Positions 41,495 through 52,511 of a stretch of 64,000 nt of DNA are shown in pieces (the first letter of the stretch is position 1; every line of letters starts with the position of its first letter). The notes beneath the pieces are model-generated. The model was given only the letters and a program-made list of their open reading frames with translations, searched no databases and was not told the origin of the DNA. Position numbers and translations under genes: made by a program. The DNA is from an uncultured Verrucomicrobiae bacterium (GTDB lineage Bacteria; Verrucomicrobiota; Verrucomicrobiia; Chthoniobacterales; UBA10450). Where the stretch lies: NCBI GenBank assembly GCA_963815455.1, contig CAWFGO010000003.1:480001-544000 (forward strand). Direction: 5' to 3'.

Positions 41495-42783
41495 ATGCCT
41501 TCCAAATCATCCAAACTCTTCGCCGCAGCCCAAAAGCGCATTCCCGGCGGCGTAAACTCGCCGGTCCGCGCTTTTCGCAACGTCGAGCGGCGAACCATTT
41601 TTCGTCGACGCGCGCCAAAGGCTCGAGAATCTGGGATGTCGATGGAAACGAATACATCGATTACGTCGGCAGTTGGGGCCCGGCCATTCTCGGTCATGCG
41701 CCGGAAGTTGTCGTCGATGCCGTTGCGATACCGCAACGCGCGGCGTCAGTTTCGGAATTCCCAATCCGCTCGAAGTGGAAATGGCGGAATTGATCTGCCA
41801 GCTGGATGCCGTCGATTGAAAAAGTGCGGATGGTCAACAGCGGCACCGAAGCGACGATGTCGTGCATCCGTCTCGCGCGCGGTTTTACCGGCCGCGACAA
41901 GATCATCAAGTTCGATGGCTGTTATCACGGGCATGCCGATTCGCTGCTGGTGAAATCCGGCAGCGGCGCGCTCACCCATGGTCAGCCCGATAGCGCCGGC
42001 GTGCCGCAAAGCGTTTGCCGATCTCACGATCTCGCTGCCATTCAACGATGCCGATCTTGTCCGGAAAGCATTTCGCGAAAACAGGAACGAAATCGCCGCC
42101 GTGATTCTCGAACCGATCCCGGCCAATGCCGGCCTCTATTTTCCGCAGCGAGAGATTTTCTGTCGATCCTGCGCGAGGAATGCACCAGAAACGGCGCGCT
42201 TTTGATTTTCGACGAAGTGATGACCGGTTTTCGCGTCGCGCGCGGCGGCGCGCAGGAAATTTACGGAATCAAACCGGATCTCACCGCGCTCGGAAAAGTG
42301 ATCGGCGGCGGTTGCCGGTCGGCGCGTTCGGCGGGCGCGCGGAAATCATGGACAAGCTTTCGCCGGACGGTCCGGTCTATCAGGCGGGAACGCTTTCCGG
42401 AAATCCGCTCGCCATGGCGGCCGGTCTGGCGCAACTGCGCGAGCTGGAACGAATCGACGGCTGGAAATTACTCGAAGAACTCGGCGCGCAATTTGAAAAG
42501 CTCGACGCGCGAAGCAATCTCGCGAAGGCGAGGATCGACATCACATTTCACCGGATCGGCTCGATGTTTTGTCTGTTTTTCGCGTCCGGACCGATTGTCG
42601 ATCTTGCCGGCGCAAAACGCAGCGACTTGAAAATGTTCGCGAAATTCTTCCACGGTTGCCTGGAGCGCGGCGTTTATTTCGCGCCGTCGCAATTCGAAAC
42701 CGGATTTATCTCAACCGCGCACACGGCGGATGACATCGAGCGAACCGGCGAAGTCGTGCGCGAAGCGCTGGCTCGAGGTGTAG
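41495..42783 (+). CDS. hemL: Glutamate-1-semialdehyde 2,1-aminomutase; multiple indels, end approximate
   Basis: [59 protein letters not shown] spread over several frames. Confidence 0.9.
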
Positions 42784-42802
42784 CGGCCGCTACTGCGGGC
42801 GC

Positions 42803-45512
42803 ATGTCGTGGATCAGCGACTGTGCCGCCCATCGAGCGCCATGCTACATGGAAGCGAGGAACCCTGCGATTCATCTCGCGACTGGACGCGCGCATGGACT
42901 CGCGACCTTTCCCGCTGTGAGCGATAACTCGCGAGTTCGCGCAGTCGCGAAATTTTTTTTCGACGGCGACAAGAAGTTTTTTGTCAAAGGCGTCACCTAC
43001 GGCCCGTTCAAGCCGGATGCGGAAGGAAACTATCTCGGCGCGCCCGGAACAGGTGGATGTCGATCTTGCGCTGATGCGCGAGAGCGGGCTGAACGTCGTG
43101 CGCATTTATCACGCGCCGCCGCGCTGGTTTCTCGATCGATGCGCCGCCGCCGGGATGCGGGTGCTGATCACTTTGCCATGGGCGAAGCACGTCGAGTTTT
43201 TGCGCCAGAAGAAAGGCGCGTGACGAAATCGCCGATGCGGTCCGGGAAGCGGTGAGCGCCAATGCCGGGTCATCCGGCGATCTTCGGTTATCTGGTGGGC
43301 AACGAAATCCTCCAGCACGATGGTGCGCTGGCTCGGCGTGCGCCGGGTCACGGAGTTTGTCGAGCATTTGATTCGAATCGGCCGCGCCATCGATCCCGAA
43401 CGTTCTTTTTTCCTACGCCACGTATCCGCCGACCGAGTATCTCCTGCCGCAGAATGTCGATTTCTTTTGCTTCAACGTTTATCTTCATAATCAGCGCGAG
43501 TTCGAACGATATCTGCTTGCGCCTGCAAAATCTGACCGAGGAAAAGCCGCTCATTCTCGGCGAGTTCGGCATGGACACGATCCGCCATTCGCAGGACGAG
43601 CAGGCCGAGATGCTCGGCTGGCACATCGACAGCGTGGTGAAATGCGGGCTGGCCGGCACGATTTTCTTTTCCTGGACGGACGAATGGTTCACCGGCGAGC
43701 AGGAAATCACCGATTGGGCGTTCGGCATCGTCACGCGCGAACCGGCAGCCGAAAAAAGCGTTTCACATGTTGCGGGAAAAACTCGGCTGGAGAATTCGCG
43801 TTCTGCCGCACCGTCGCTCTGTCAACAACGCCGTCTGTTTCGGTGATCGTCTGTTCCTACAACGGCGCGCAAGACGCTCGCGCGCCTGTCTCGAATCGTT
43901 AGGCCAACTCAACTATCCCGATTACGAAGTGATCCTGGTCGATGATGGATCGACCGACGATACCGCCTATATCGCCGCTCAGTTTCCCAAGGTCCGCTAC
44001 ATTCACCAGACGCAATCACGGCTTGAGCCACGCCCGCAACACCGGCGCGGCCGCAGCCAATGGCGAAGTGTTCGTTTATACCGATTCCGACTGCATGGCG
44101 GATGTCGATTGGCTCTATTATATGATCGGCACGCTGACGAGCGGCGATTACGCGGGGGTCGGCGGACCGAATATCACGCCGCCGGCGCAGAATTGGGTCC
44201 AGGCTTGCGTGGCTGCCGCGCCCGGCGGGCCGAGTCACGTTCTGCTGACGGACACGGTCGCGGAACACATTCCCGGCTGCAACATGGCGTTCTACGAGTG
44301 GGCGTTCGACAATGTTGGCGGATTCGATCCCGAGTATCGCAAGGCCGGTGACGATGTCGATTTTTGCTGGCGAATTCAACAGGCCGGCGGCGTCATCGCC
44401 TTCAGCCCGACAGCGATGGTCTGGCATCATCGGCGTTTTACTTTGCGCGCGTTCTTCAAGCAACAGGACGGATACGGCGAGGCGGAATCGCTCTTGCGGT
44501 TCAAGCATTTGATTTTTTTCGGCCCGACCGGCACCGCAAAATGGCGCGGCCAGATTTACGGTGCGCCGCGGTTCAGCTGGTTTCTAAACCGGCCGATCGT
44601 TTATCACGGAGTTTTCGGCGAAGGATTTTTCCAATCGATGTATCCGACTCCGCAATCGGAAGTAGCCGCGTATCTGAGCAGCATCGAATGGTTCGCGCTC
44701 ACGATTTTTCTTTTCGGTCTGGGAATTTTTCTGCCGTCGCTGCGGATCGTGCCCTACGTGATGCTGGGCGGCACATTTTGCGTGGCGCTCTCCTACATGG
44801 TGCGGGCCCATATCGAGCCGAAGTTCGACACCGTCGCACGCGCGGTTGCTCGTCATGTTTCTGGCTTTTGTGCAACCGCTGGTGCGCGGTTTTCGCGCTA
44901 TTTCACCTGGCTGCATTTCAAGCGCACGCCGAGAAGCGTGATCCGGACGCACGAACAGCTTCCCGCTGTGGCGCGGTTTTCAGGAGCGCTTGCTCGCCGT
45001 GTCTTTTGGAGCGAAGAAGGCCGGGACCGGCATCATCTGCTCGGCGCCATTTTTCAATTACTCGAAGAAGAAGGATGGCGTTACTCCACCGATTCGGGCT
45101 GGAACGAATGGGACATTCAGATCTACGGAAATTTCTGGTGGAGCGTTGCGCTGCAAACCGTCACCGAATACCACGGCGGCCCGAAATGCCTGACGCGCGT
45201 CAAGCTCCGAGTCGCGTCTGGTGCCCACCACGGTGATTTTTAATTTCATTGTCGCTGAGTCTTTTGATTTATCGGCAGGTCAATATTTCCCATATCGATC
45301 TTTGGTTCATCGTTCCTTATGGCTTGTTTCTGCTTTTTCTCGCCAACCGCGCTCGCGCGTTGAAATTGCGCGTTGCCGAACTGGTCGATCTTGCTGCCTA
45401 TCGCGCCGGTCTCCAGCGCATCACCCGTCGCTGGCGCGGGAAACCTGTCGCCGCCAAAGCCGAGCCGCAACTGGAAGTTCCGATAAACACCGATCCGGCC
45501 GCGCGCACTTAG
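42803..45512 (+). CDS. Glycoside hydrolase (GH2-like TIM barrel) fused to GT2 glycosyltransferase and TM segments; multiple indels
   Basis: VKGVTYGPF, NVVRIY, YLVGNEI, ILGEFG, FSWTDEW; then VIVCSYN, VDDGSTD, YTDSDC, IPGCNMAF, AGDDVD. Confidence 0.75.
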
Positions 45513-45530
45513 GCGTCGGTGATAATGAAG

Positions 45531-45565
45531 TTGCATAGCCGGCATTATGTACCTACTGTAGCTAC
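45531..45565 (+). promoter_or_regulatory. Putative sigma-70 promoter and operator of vapBC
   Basis: TTGCAT-17 nt-TACTGT, overlapping palindrome GTAGCTAC. Confidence 0.5.
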
Positions 45566-45567
45566 GC

Positions 45568-45798
45568 ATGGAAACGGCGAAGTTGTTTACGACCGGCGGA
45601 TCGCAAGCGGTGCGGCTTCCCAAAGATTTCCGCTTTGATGGGGATGAGGTCTCCATCCGCAAAGAGGGGAAGGCTGTGATTCTGGAACCAAAATCGAAGC
45701 GAGGCTGGCCCCGGAATTTTTTCAGGCGGGTTCGCATTACGGACCGGGCCTTTAAGCGGCCCCCTCAAGGAAGCCTACCTCCTGCGCCTAACCTGTGA
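45568..45798 (+). CDS. vapB: VapB antitoxin (AbrB/MazE fold)
   Basis: [21 protein letters not shown]. Confidence 0.92.
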   Translation: METAKLFTTGGSQAVRLPKDFRFDGDEVSIRKEGKAVILEPKSKRGWPRNFFRRVRITDRAFKRPPQGSLPPAPNL

Positions 45799-45810
45799 AC
45801 GAGCAAGTCC

Positions 45811-46206
45811 GTGGAGTATCTTCTCGATACTGACACCTGTGTTGATTTGCTGCGTGGGCTGCGCTCCGTGATTGGCAAACTGGAGCAGCTCGCGCCCGAA
45901 GATTGCACCATCTCAGCCATCACTACCTTCGAACTGTTTGCCGGCGCGGCCAAAGCCCGCCAGCCCCGCGCGGAAATGGACAAGATCAAACGGCTGGTCG
46001 AGGTCGTGGAGGTAGCCAGTTTTGACGCGGCGGCGGCTCGTCAGGCGGGATCGCTCCGAAATCGTCTGGACAAAGCAGGCACACCGGTCGGGCCCTATGA
46101 TTTGCTAATAGCAGCGCACGCGCTTGCCTTGGATGCCACCCTGGTCACTGCGAACATCGTCGAATTCAGCCGGGTTCCCGGTCTGCGAATTGAGAGTTGG
46201 AGATGA
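45811..46206 (+). CDS. vapC: VapC PIN-domain toxin
   Basis: YLLDTD, FELFAG, GPYDLLIAAHA, LVTANIVEFSRV. Confidence 0.92.
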   Translation: MEYLLDTDTCVDLLRGLRSVIGKLEQLAPEDCTISAITTFELFAGAAKARQPRAEMDKIKRLVEVVEVASFDAAAARQAGSLRNRLDKAGTPVGPYDLLIAAHALALDATLVTANIVEFSRVPGLRIESWR

Positions 46207-46218
46207 AAGCGTGCCGGC

Positions 46219-46941
46219 CTACTTCGCCGGCGAGATCAAGTAAATGACGTGAACGCTTTGGCTAACGATGATTGGAGCCAGCCGATATTCCGGTCCCGGT
46301 GGCGCTTCGTAACGCTGCACTAAGTCAGTTTGTGCTAAACCGAGAAGCCTGTCCTGAATGGAACGGAAATTCACCGGTGAGACAGCGAAGACAGAATCGA
46401 TCTTCATTCCGATCGGTTTGAGGGTTTTTTCAGCTTGATCTCGAGCATCGGCGAGAGCTTTCTGCCAGACTTCGGGCTTAATCTCCTTTTCGTTGGCCAG
46501 TTCACCGTCGATTCCCGAAAATTCTACGCCTTGGATATTGATCACTTCATCGGCAAGCTTTGGAAAGACAACGATATCACGCACTCGAACTCGAAAACTG
46601 CGGGTCACCTTGTAACCGATGAGCTTTCCACGTCGGGAAGAATATTCCTCGCCCTGCTCGAATTCTGGCTGTGATTGAAGATTTTCCGCAATAACATCGT
46701 TTTCGGCGATTTTGCGTTCGTTAAGCAGCGCGAATATCTTTTTCGCGTTCAATTGAACTTGCTGATTTGCTTTCTGTTGATCCGGCGCGCGCGCGACCAA
46801 ATCGAATCGAATGGTAACAATATCCGCTGGCTTCTTAATTTCGCCGTTGCCTTCAACGTAGATGTAAGGCGTGTTCGGCAAGCCGCCCTCCGCTAACGCT
46901 GAGACCGGAAGAATGAGAACAGCGAAGAGAAGAAGTTTCAT
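46219..46941 (-). CDS. SIMPL domain (DUF541) periplasmic protein
   Basis: Signal peptide; VEGNGEIKKPAD, ALADARDQAE, SQSVHVIY. Confidence 0.8.
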   Translation of the reverse strand: MKLLLFAVLILPVSALAEGGLPNTPYIYVEGNGEIKKPADIVTIRFDLVARAPDQQKANQQVQLNAKKIFALLNERKIAENDVIAENLQSQPEFEQGEEYSSRRGKLIGYKVTRSFRVRVRDIVVFPKLADEVINIQGVEFSGIDGELANEKEIKPEVWQKALADARDQAEKTLKPIGMKIDSVFAVSPVNFRSIQDRLLGLAQTDLVQRYEAPPGPEYRLAPIIVSQSVHVIYLISPAK

Positions 46942-47061
46942 GGATATACGTTAGCCTGCGAGCAGCAGAGAAGTCGATGTCGATCTTGGCGCGGGAGCGC
47001 ACGCTTCCAGCGTGCCGCGGCGACGAGGTCGCTCCCCAACGCCGTCGCTCGTATGACGCCG

Positions 47062-47988
47062 CTACAGATGATTCAGCGCGTCGGCAAAATCCTTCGGCAA
47101 AGGCGCTTCGAAACTTTTCCATTCACCGGCGCGGGGATGATTAAACCCAAGCTTCCAGGCATGGAGCATCTGGCGGGGATAATTCGTGGTCAGTTTCGCT
47201 GCGTAAACTTTGTCGCCCAGGACCGGATGACCCAGATGATGAAGATGGACCCGGATTTGATGGGTGCGGCCGCTGTGTAACCGGCATTCGATCAGGCTTC
47301 CGTTCTCGCCGGCCCGAATCACTCGATACTCGGTTTTCGCGGCGCGCCCGCGCGACGAAGCCACCGACATTCTTTGTCGATGCACTGGGTGACGGCCGAT
47401 CTTCTCTTCAATCATGCCCGTGCTCTGTTTCAATTTTCCGGCGACGAGCGCGAGATAAATCTTTTCGACTGTGCGCGCGGCAAATTGTTCCGACAATCCG
47501 CGGTGGGCTTCGTCGTTCTTCGCGACGACGAGGCAACCGCTCGTGTCCTTATCGAGTCGATGCACGATACCGGGACGTTCCTTGCCGCCGATTCCAGAGA
47601 GCTTCGGACAATGATAAAGGAGCGCGTTCACCAGTGTGTGCTCGCGGTGCCCCGCCCCGGGATGAACGACCAGACCGGCGGGCTTGTTGATCACGATCAG
47701 GTCGTCGTCTTCGAACAGAACATCGAGCGGAATCGGCTCCGGTTGATTGTCGATCTTCTCCAGAGGCGGCTCGATAAGATCGACATGATCGCCGGTGCGG
47801 ACCGATTCGCTCGGCCGGGCTGGTACGCCATTGAGCGTTACAGATTTGTCGCGGATCAATTGCTGGATTCGCGAGCGCGAATAGGCGGTAAGCTCTTTCG
47901 CCAGAAAACGATCAAGCCGAAGACGAGCGTCTTGTTTCGTTACGACTAGCTCAATTCGTGTCGGTTTGGCGCTGGAGAGTGGGCTCAT
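47062..47988 (-). CDS. rluD: RluA-family pseudouridine synthase (RluD-like)
   Basis: S4 domain RLDRFL, NKPAGLVVHP, HRLDKDTSG, GRTHQIRVH, LHA. Confidence 0.9.
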   Translation of the reverse strand: MSPLSSAKPTRIELVVTKQDARLRLDRFLAKELTAYSRSRIQQLIRDKSVTLNGVPARPSESVRTGDHVDLIEPPLEKIDNQPEPIPLDVLFEDDDLIVINKPAGLVVHPGAGHREHTLVNALLYHCPKLSGIGGKERPGIVHRLDKDTSGCLVVAKNDEAHRGLSEQFAARTVEKIYLALVAGKLKQSTGMIEEKIGRHPVHRQRMSVASSRGRAAKTEYRVIRAGENGSLIECRLHSGRTHQIRVHLHHLGHPVLGDKVYAAKLTTNYPRQMLHAWKLGFNHPRAGEWKSFEAPLPKDFADALNHL

Positions 47989-48005
47989 ACGTTTTCTGCC
48001 AAGAG

Positions 48006-48029
48006 TGTAGCCGGGATCGATGATCCCGG
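48006..48029 (+). repeat. GTAG-type REP, subfamily 2
   Basis: TGTAG-CCGGGATC-GAT-GATCCCGG. Confidence 0.7.
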
Positions 48030-48087
48030 TAGAGCTTGCTGCCGTCATTTCTTTTTTTCCAAAGACGTGAATGATACAGTCGATTCG

Positions 48088-50286
48088 ATGGCTTCCGACG
48101 ACAGCGCGACGACTCAGTCTTGCCCGGCCTGCGGCGTTCCGATCGACACCGCGAATGCCGAGCCGTTGGAGCGCGTAGCCTGTCCGAAGTGCGGCGAGAA
48201 AGTCCGGGTGGAGCGGGCGTTCGATAATTTCGTTCTGGTCGAGACGCTCGGGATCGGCGGCATGGGCACGGTTTACAAGGCCCGGGACACATTGCTCGAT
48301 CGATTGGTGGCGCTGAAATTGTTGCGCAAAGATCTCGAGGGCGGAGTCGATCAGGCCAAACAACTACAGCAGGAAGCCCGGGTAACGGCATCGGTTAATC
48401 ATCCCAACGTGGTCCAGGTTTTTTCTTCCGGGACCGCTCACGGCCAATTTTATCTGGTAATGGAACTGGTCGATCACGGCAGCCTGGACGATTTGATCGA
48501 ACAACATAAACGGCTGCCGGAAGAACAGGTTCTGGAAACGGGCATCCAGGTCGCAAAAGGACTGCGCGCGGCCTACGCCAAAGGGCTCATTCATCGCGAC
48601 GTGAAACCGGCGAACATTCTTTTCAACGAGGAAAACGCGGCCAAGATCGGCGACTTCGGCCTGGCGGGCGTGGCCGCACAAGGGGCGGAGGATCGCGGCG
48701 AAATTTGGGGCACGCCGTATTACGTCGCGCCGGAGCGATTGAACAACGAAGCGGAGGATTTCCGCAGCGACATCTACAGCCTGGGCGCGACGCTGTTTCA
48801 TGCCGTTGCCGGTAAAGCGCCGATTGAAGGCGATACCAATTCCGCCGTCGCTCTGCTGAATCTAAAAAGGGAACCGATCGATCTCGCGACAGTCGCGCCG
48901 GAAGTTTCCGGGCCGACCGCGCAGGTTTTCCGTCGCATGATCGCGCCCGATCCGGCGCAACGTTTCTCTTCCTACGACGAACTCGTTACCGAGCTGGAGA
49001 ACGCCTATGGATTGTTAACCGGAAAAGACGAATTCCTGAAACGACGCCGGAGCAAATTACCATGGCTAATCGGCGTGGCGGCACTGGCTTTGGCCCTCAT
49101 CGGTGTCGGCTCCTGGGCGTATATTTCCCGCCAACACGCCCAAAAAGCTCTCAACGCCGCATCCGCGCGCGCCGAACAACTGGCAACATTGGCTCCACTC
49201 GAGGCGCGAGCCGCTGAGGCCCGGCGGCGTTTGGTCCTTAATCACTTCGACATCGCGGCCGAAGGCTTCGAACAAATTGCGGCCGAAGCAAGAGGGAAGC
49301 AGCCGTTCTACGATTGGGCACGCCTGCAACAAGGCCTCTCCTCATCAGTCGGACGAAAGACCACGCGCGCGGACGGAGCGTTTAAGGAAATAGAAAAAGC
49401 GGGTGAAGCGGGCTTTGCCAATGACGATGTCGATCTTGCGAAATTTTTCGGGACGACGGCGAAGAAGCTTCTCGAAACCAGTCCGGTGCCGGCCGGCGAA
49501 GTCGCTGGGATTAACGCCGATTCCTATCAGGCGTTCGCTCTCCTCGCCTTTGGGGTAAAGGACTTTAATGAAGCCGATATCGAGAATGCCACACAACTCC
49601 TGAAGCAGTTTATTGGCGCGAAACCGACTGGGAAATTTTCCTGGATCGCGGAGCTAAAGCCGATCGGCCGAAGGTATCTCCGCGATTGCGAGCTTTTCAC
49701 GGAGTGGAAAGAGGAAGCGGCCAAGGCTTCCGACGCGCCGGCGTTATCGGCCGCTCTGGCCAAGCTTCCCGATTTGAAAAAGAGACTGAAATCCTACGGC
49801 GCCATTATAAGCGAGTTGGATACCGAAGAAGCAAAGTTGAATCGGCGCTTAACGGAAGCGGGAGCGGCACAGAAAAAGGAAACGCAACAAACAGCGGAAC
49901 AGTTTGCCCAAAAAAAAGCAGGCTGGTTAACTGCTTGGAAAAAACAACTGATCACGGACATCAACCGGACACCTTTCTCGGGGCCGATTAGAGATAGCGG
50001 CGGCATGCAGTACACCGGCATCGTGGCGGCGACGGATCGAATTCTCAAGATGAAGCTCCCGTACGGCACTGCGCAACTCAGTTGGGCAAAGCTTCCCCCT
50101 CAAATACTCCTGGCAATCTCGACGTCGTTCGTTAAACCAAACGCACCCGACGCGGGAGATCGACGATGGCTCTGCGCCGTCTATGCCGCTGAAACCGGCC
50201 AGATGGAAGAGGCCCGGAAGCTGGCCGAGGAAGCCATCAAGGCCAAGCCGGAGTACCAGGACCAAGTCTCGTTGCTTATCAAATAG
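48088..50286 (+). CDS. Hanks-type Ser/Thr protein kinase with N-terminal zinc ribbon, one TM and a helical C-terminal domain
   Basis: CPAC...CPKC; GIGGMG, VALK, HRDVKPAN, DFG, GTPYYVAPE. Confidence 0.92.
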   Translation: MASDDSATTQSCPACGVPIDTANAEPLERVACPKCGEKVRVERAFDNFVLVETLGIGGMGTVYKARDTLLDRLVALKLLRKDLEGGVDQAKQLQQEARVTASVNHPNVVQVFSSGTAHGQFYLVMELVDHGSLDDLIEQHKRLPEEQVLETGIQVAKGLRAAYAKGLIHRDVKPANILFNEENAAKIGDFGLAGVAAQGAEDRGEIWGTPYYVAPERLNNEAEDFRSDIYSLGATLFHAVAGKAPIEGDTNSAVALLNLKREPIDLATVAPEVSGPTAQVFRRMIAPDPAQRFSSYDELVTELENAYGLLTGKDEFLKRRRSKLPWLIGVAALALALIGVGSWAYISRQHAQKALNAASARAEQLATLAPLEARAAEARRRLVLNHFDIAAEGFEQIAAEARGKQPFYDWARLQQGLSSSVGRKTTRADGAFKEIEKAGEAGFANDDVDLAKFFGTTAKKLLETSPVPAGEVAGINADSYQAFALLAFGVKDFNEADIENATQLLKQFIGAKPTGKFSWIAELKPIGRRYLRDCELFTEWKEEAAKASDAPALSAALAKLPDLKKRLKSYGAIISELDTEEAKLNRRLTEAGAAQKKETQQTAEQFAQKKAGWLTAWKKQLITDINRTPFSGPIRDSGGMQYTGIVAATDRILKMKLPYGTAQLSWAKLPPQILLAISTSFVKPNAPDAGDRRWLCAVYAAETGQMEEARKLAEEAIKAKPEYQDQVSLLIK

Positions 50287-50361
50287 AATTGCCCCTGATG
50301 AAGGGAGCGCGACGAGGCGCAGTCCATCCTGTTTTGGCGCATCTTCTGCTCCCTGAAAGGG

Positions 50362-51258
50362 ATGCAGCGACATGTTCTCACCGCTTTCGCTTTCCTTCTC
50401 TTATCGATCACGGCCGCACACGCCGGACAATTGCCAATGACGGCAAACGAGGTGGGTCTGATGCTCCGTTCCGGTTATACCAACGACACCGTGGTGCGAG
50501 ACCTCGCCAAACGGCATTTCGCCGATACCATCGATGCCAAGTCGGAGGCGATGCTCATCCAGGCCGGGGCAACGATGGAACTGGTGAGCGCACTGAAGAA
50601 CGGAACTTACTCAGTGCCGGCGGAGGAGGCGGCTCGGGCCAAGGCAGAGTTAGCCGAACAGGCGAAGCGGCGCGAATTGCAAGCCGAAGAATCGCGCAAA
50701 TTCAGTACGCTTTACCAGGACCAACTGGCCCGAGAGCGTGCGACCGCTCTGCAGACCTTCCACAGCGCCAATACCACTTACGATTACTTGAAGGGATCTC
50801 TGGTCCGTCTCAGCAACAACGGCGTTGTCCGGCTTGATGACGAAGAAATCGGGAAAAAGAAACTGATCGCGTATTATTTTTCGGCCCATTGGTGCGTGCC
50901 CTGCCGCAAGTTCACGCCGCAATTGGTCGAATACTACAACCGGGTCGCGGCCGAGCATCCGGAGTTCGAAGTCGTCTTCTTCAGCATGGATAAATCGGCT
51001 GCCGAAATGGAGCAGTACATGCGTCAGAACAACATGCCCTGGCCGGCGATCGAATATGACAAGCGTCAGGAGAAAGAAGAACTGTTAAAAGCTCATGGCA
51101 ACGGGATTCCGTCGCTCTTGCTGGTCGAATCGACTGGCAAACTAATCTCCAGCAGTTACGACGGGGAAAAATATCTCGGCCCGCAAAAGGTGCTGGCCGA
51201 TCTCGATGCGATCTTTGCCGGGAAAACGATCGCTCCGGTGACCGCGCAAACCCAATAA
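50362..51258 (+). CDS. Exported thioredoxin-fold protein (nucleoredoxin/tryparedoxin-like)
   Basis: Signal peptide; YFSAHWCVPCRKFTP, FEVVFFSMD, MPWPAI, GIPSL. Confidence 0.85.
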   Translation: MQRHVLTAFAFLLLSITAAHAGQLPMTANEVGLMLRSGYTNDTVVRDLAKRHFADTIDAKSEAMLIQAGATMELVSALKNGTYSVPAEEAARAKAELAEQAKRRELQAEESRKFSTLYQDQLARERATALQTFHSANTTYDYLKGSLVRLSNNGVVRLDDEEIGKKKLIAYYFSAHWCVPCRKFTPQLVEYYNRVAAEHPEFEVVFFSMDKSAAEMEQYMRQNNMPWPAIEYDKRQEKEELLKAHGNGIPSLLLVESTGKLISSSYDGEKYLGPQKVLADLDAIFAGKTIAPVTAQTQ

Positions 51259-51406
51259 GACCGTAGCCGAGAGCGGCAACGAGGCTATGCCCGGTGTCGC
51301 CAACCCTGCGCGGCAAGCAGGGTCGCCTAGCGCCCGCAAGCAGCCGCTAAAAAAAAGCAATCCAGCGGCAGCGGCCCTTTGCCGGTATGATAAGCTTCAA
51401 TTCGAC

Positions 51407-52429
51407 ATGAAGATTGCTCTGCGCATCGGCATCCTCGTGGCTGCGCTTTTCGTAGTCACGATGCTTGTCTGGCAGGGGCTCAGGGCACACGGCGCGCCCG
51501 ATCCGATGCGGCCCAATACCAGCCCGACTGTTGCGTTCCTCGACATCGGCATCCTGGTTTTCCGGGAGGGACTGGAGTGCATCCTGGTATTGGCCGCGAT
51601 CACCGCCAGCATGACCGGCGCCAAGCGCAGTCATCGCCGGCCAGTCGCTTTCGGCGCGGGGCTCGCTTTTGTCGCCAGTTTGATCACCTGGTTCGTCGCT
51701 GTGCGCATCGTCGGCTCGCTCAGCGACAACGTGTCGGCGCTCGATCTTCAGGCCGCCACCGGTCTTCTGGCTGTGATCGTTCTGCTGGTGATCATGAACT
51801 GGTTTTTTCACAAGATTTACTGGGGCGGCTGGATTCGGGCTCATAATCGCCGCCGCAAGACGCTCCTGGAAAACGCGAGCACCGTCGAAATTTCGCGGCG
51901 GCATCTCTGGTGGGGATTAATCCTGCTCGGGTTCACGTCGCTGTATCGCGAGGGGTTCGAAGTTGTTTTGTTTCTGCAAAGTTACAATCTGCGGCTTGGA
52001 GGCGGGGTCGTGCTCAAGGGCGCCCTGCTCGGCCTCACTCTTTCGGCCATGGTCGCGGTGCTCACATTCGTTCTTCAACAACGTCTGCCTTATCGAAAAA
52101 TGCTCATCACCACCGGCATTCTTCTGGGAGTGGTCCTGCTGGTGATGGTCGGCGAACAAGCCCAGGAAATGCAATTGGCCCACTGGATTTCGACCACGCC
52201 AATCGGTCGCCTCGAAAATGTGATTCCGCCCTGGATGGGAATGTGGTTTGCCGTTTTCCCGACTGTCGAGACTCTCGCAGCCCAACTCATTGCCGGGATC
52301 CTGGTAATCGGATCCTACTATGCCGCTCGACACTTCGGCGGCGTATTGCCTGAAAATGCCGAGCCGGTCGAGGAAGCGCGAGAGGAAGCCAAAGCCGTAA
52401 TTGCGGAGCAACTCGAACCGGTCTCGTGA
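51407..52429 (+). CDS. FTR1-family iron permease
   Basis: Two REGxE motifs (FREGLE, YREGFE) in a multi-TM protein. Confidence 0.88.
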   Translation: MKIALRIGILVAALFVVTMLVWQGLRAHGAPDPMRPNTSPTVAFLDIGILVFREGLECILVLAAITASMTGAKRSHRRPVAFGAGLAFVASLITWFVAVRIVGSLSDNVSALDLQAATGLLAVIVLLVIMNWFFHKIYWGGWIRAHNRRRKTLLENASTVEISRRHLWWGLILLGFTSLYREGFEVVLFLQSYNLRLGGGVVLKGALLGLTLSAMVAVLTFVLQQRLPYRKMLITTGILLGVVLLVMVGEQAQEMQLAHWISTTPIGRLENVIPPWMGMWFAVFPTVETLAAQLIAGILVIGSYYAARHFGGVLPENAEPVEEAREEAKAVIAEQLEPVS

Positions 52430-52511
52430 CGTGGAACGGCAGAGGAACCGACAACTTGTCTTCGATCAGTTGTCGATCCTCCCCAGCGATTTCCAGCCTG
52501 CGGCCCCCGAA

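Noticed and set aside
51262..51310. GTAGCC...GGCTAT segment as a further REP
   Set aside because: Too degenerate; no clear hairpin after the GTAG.
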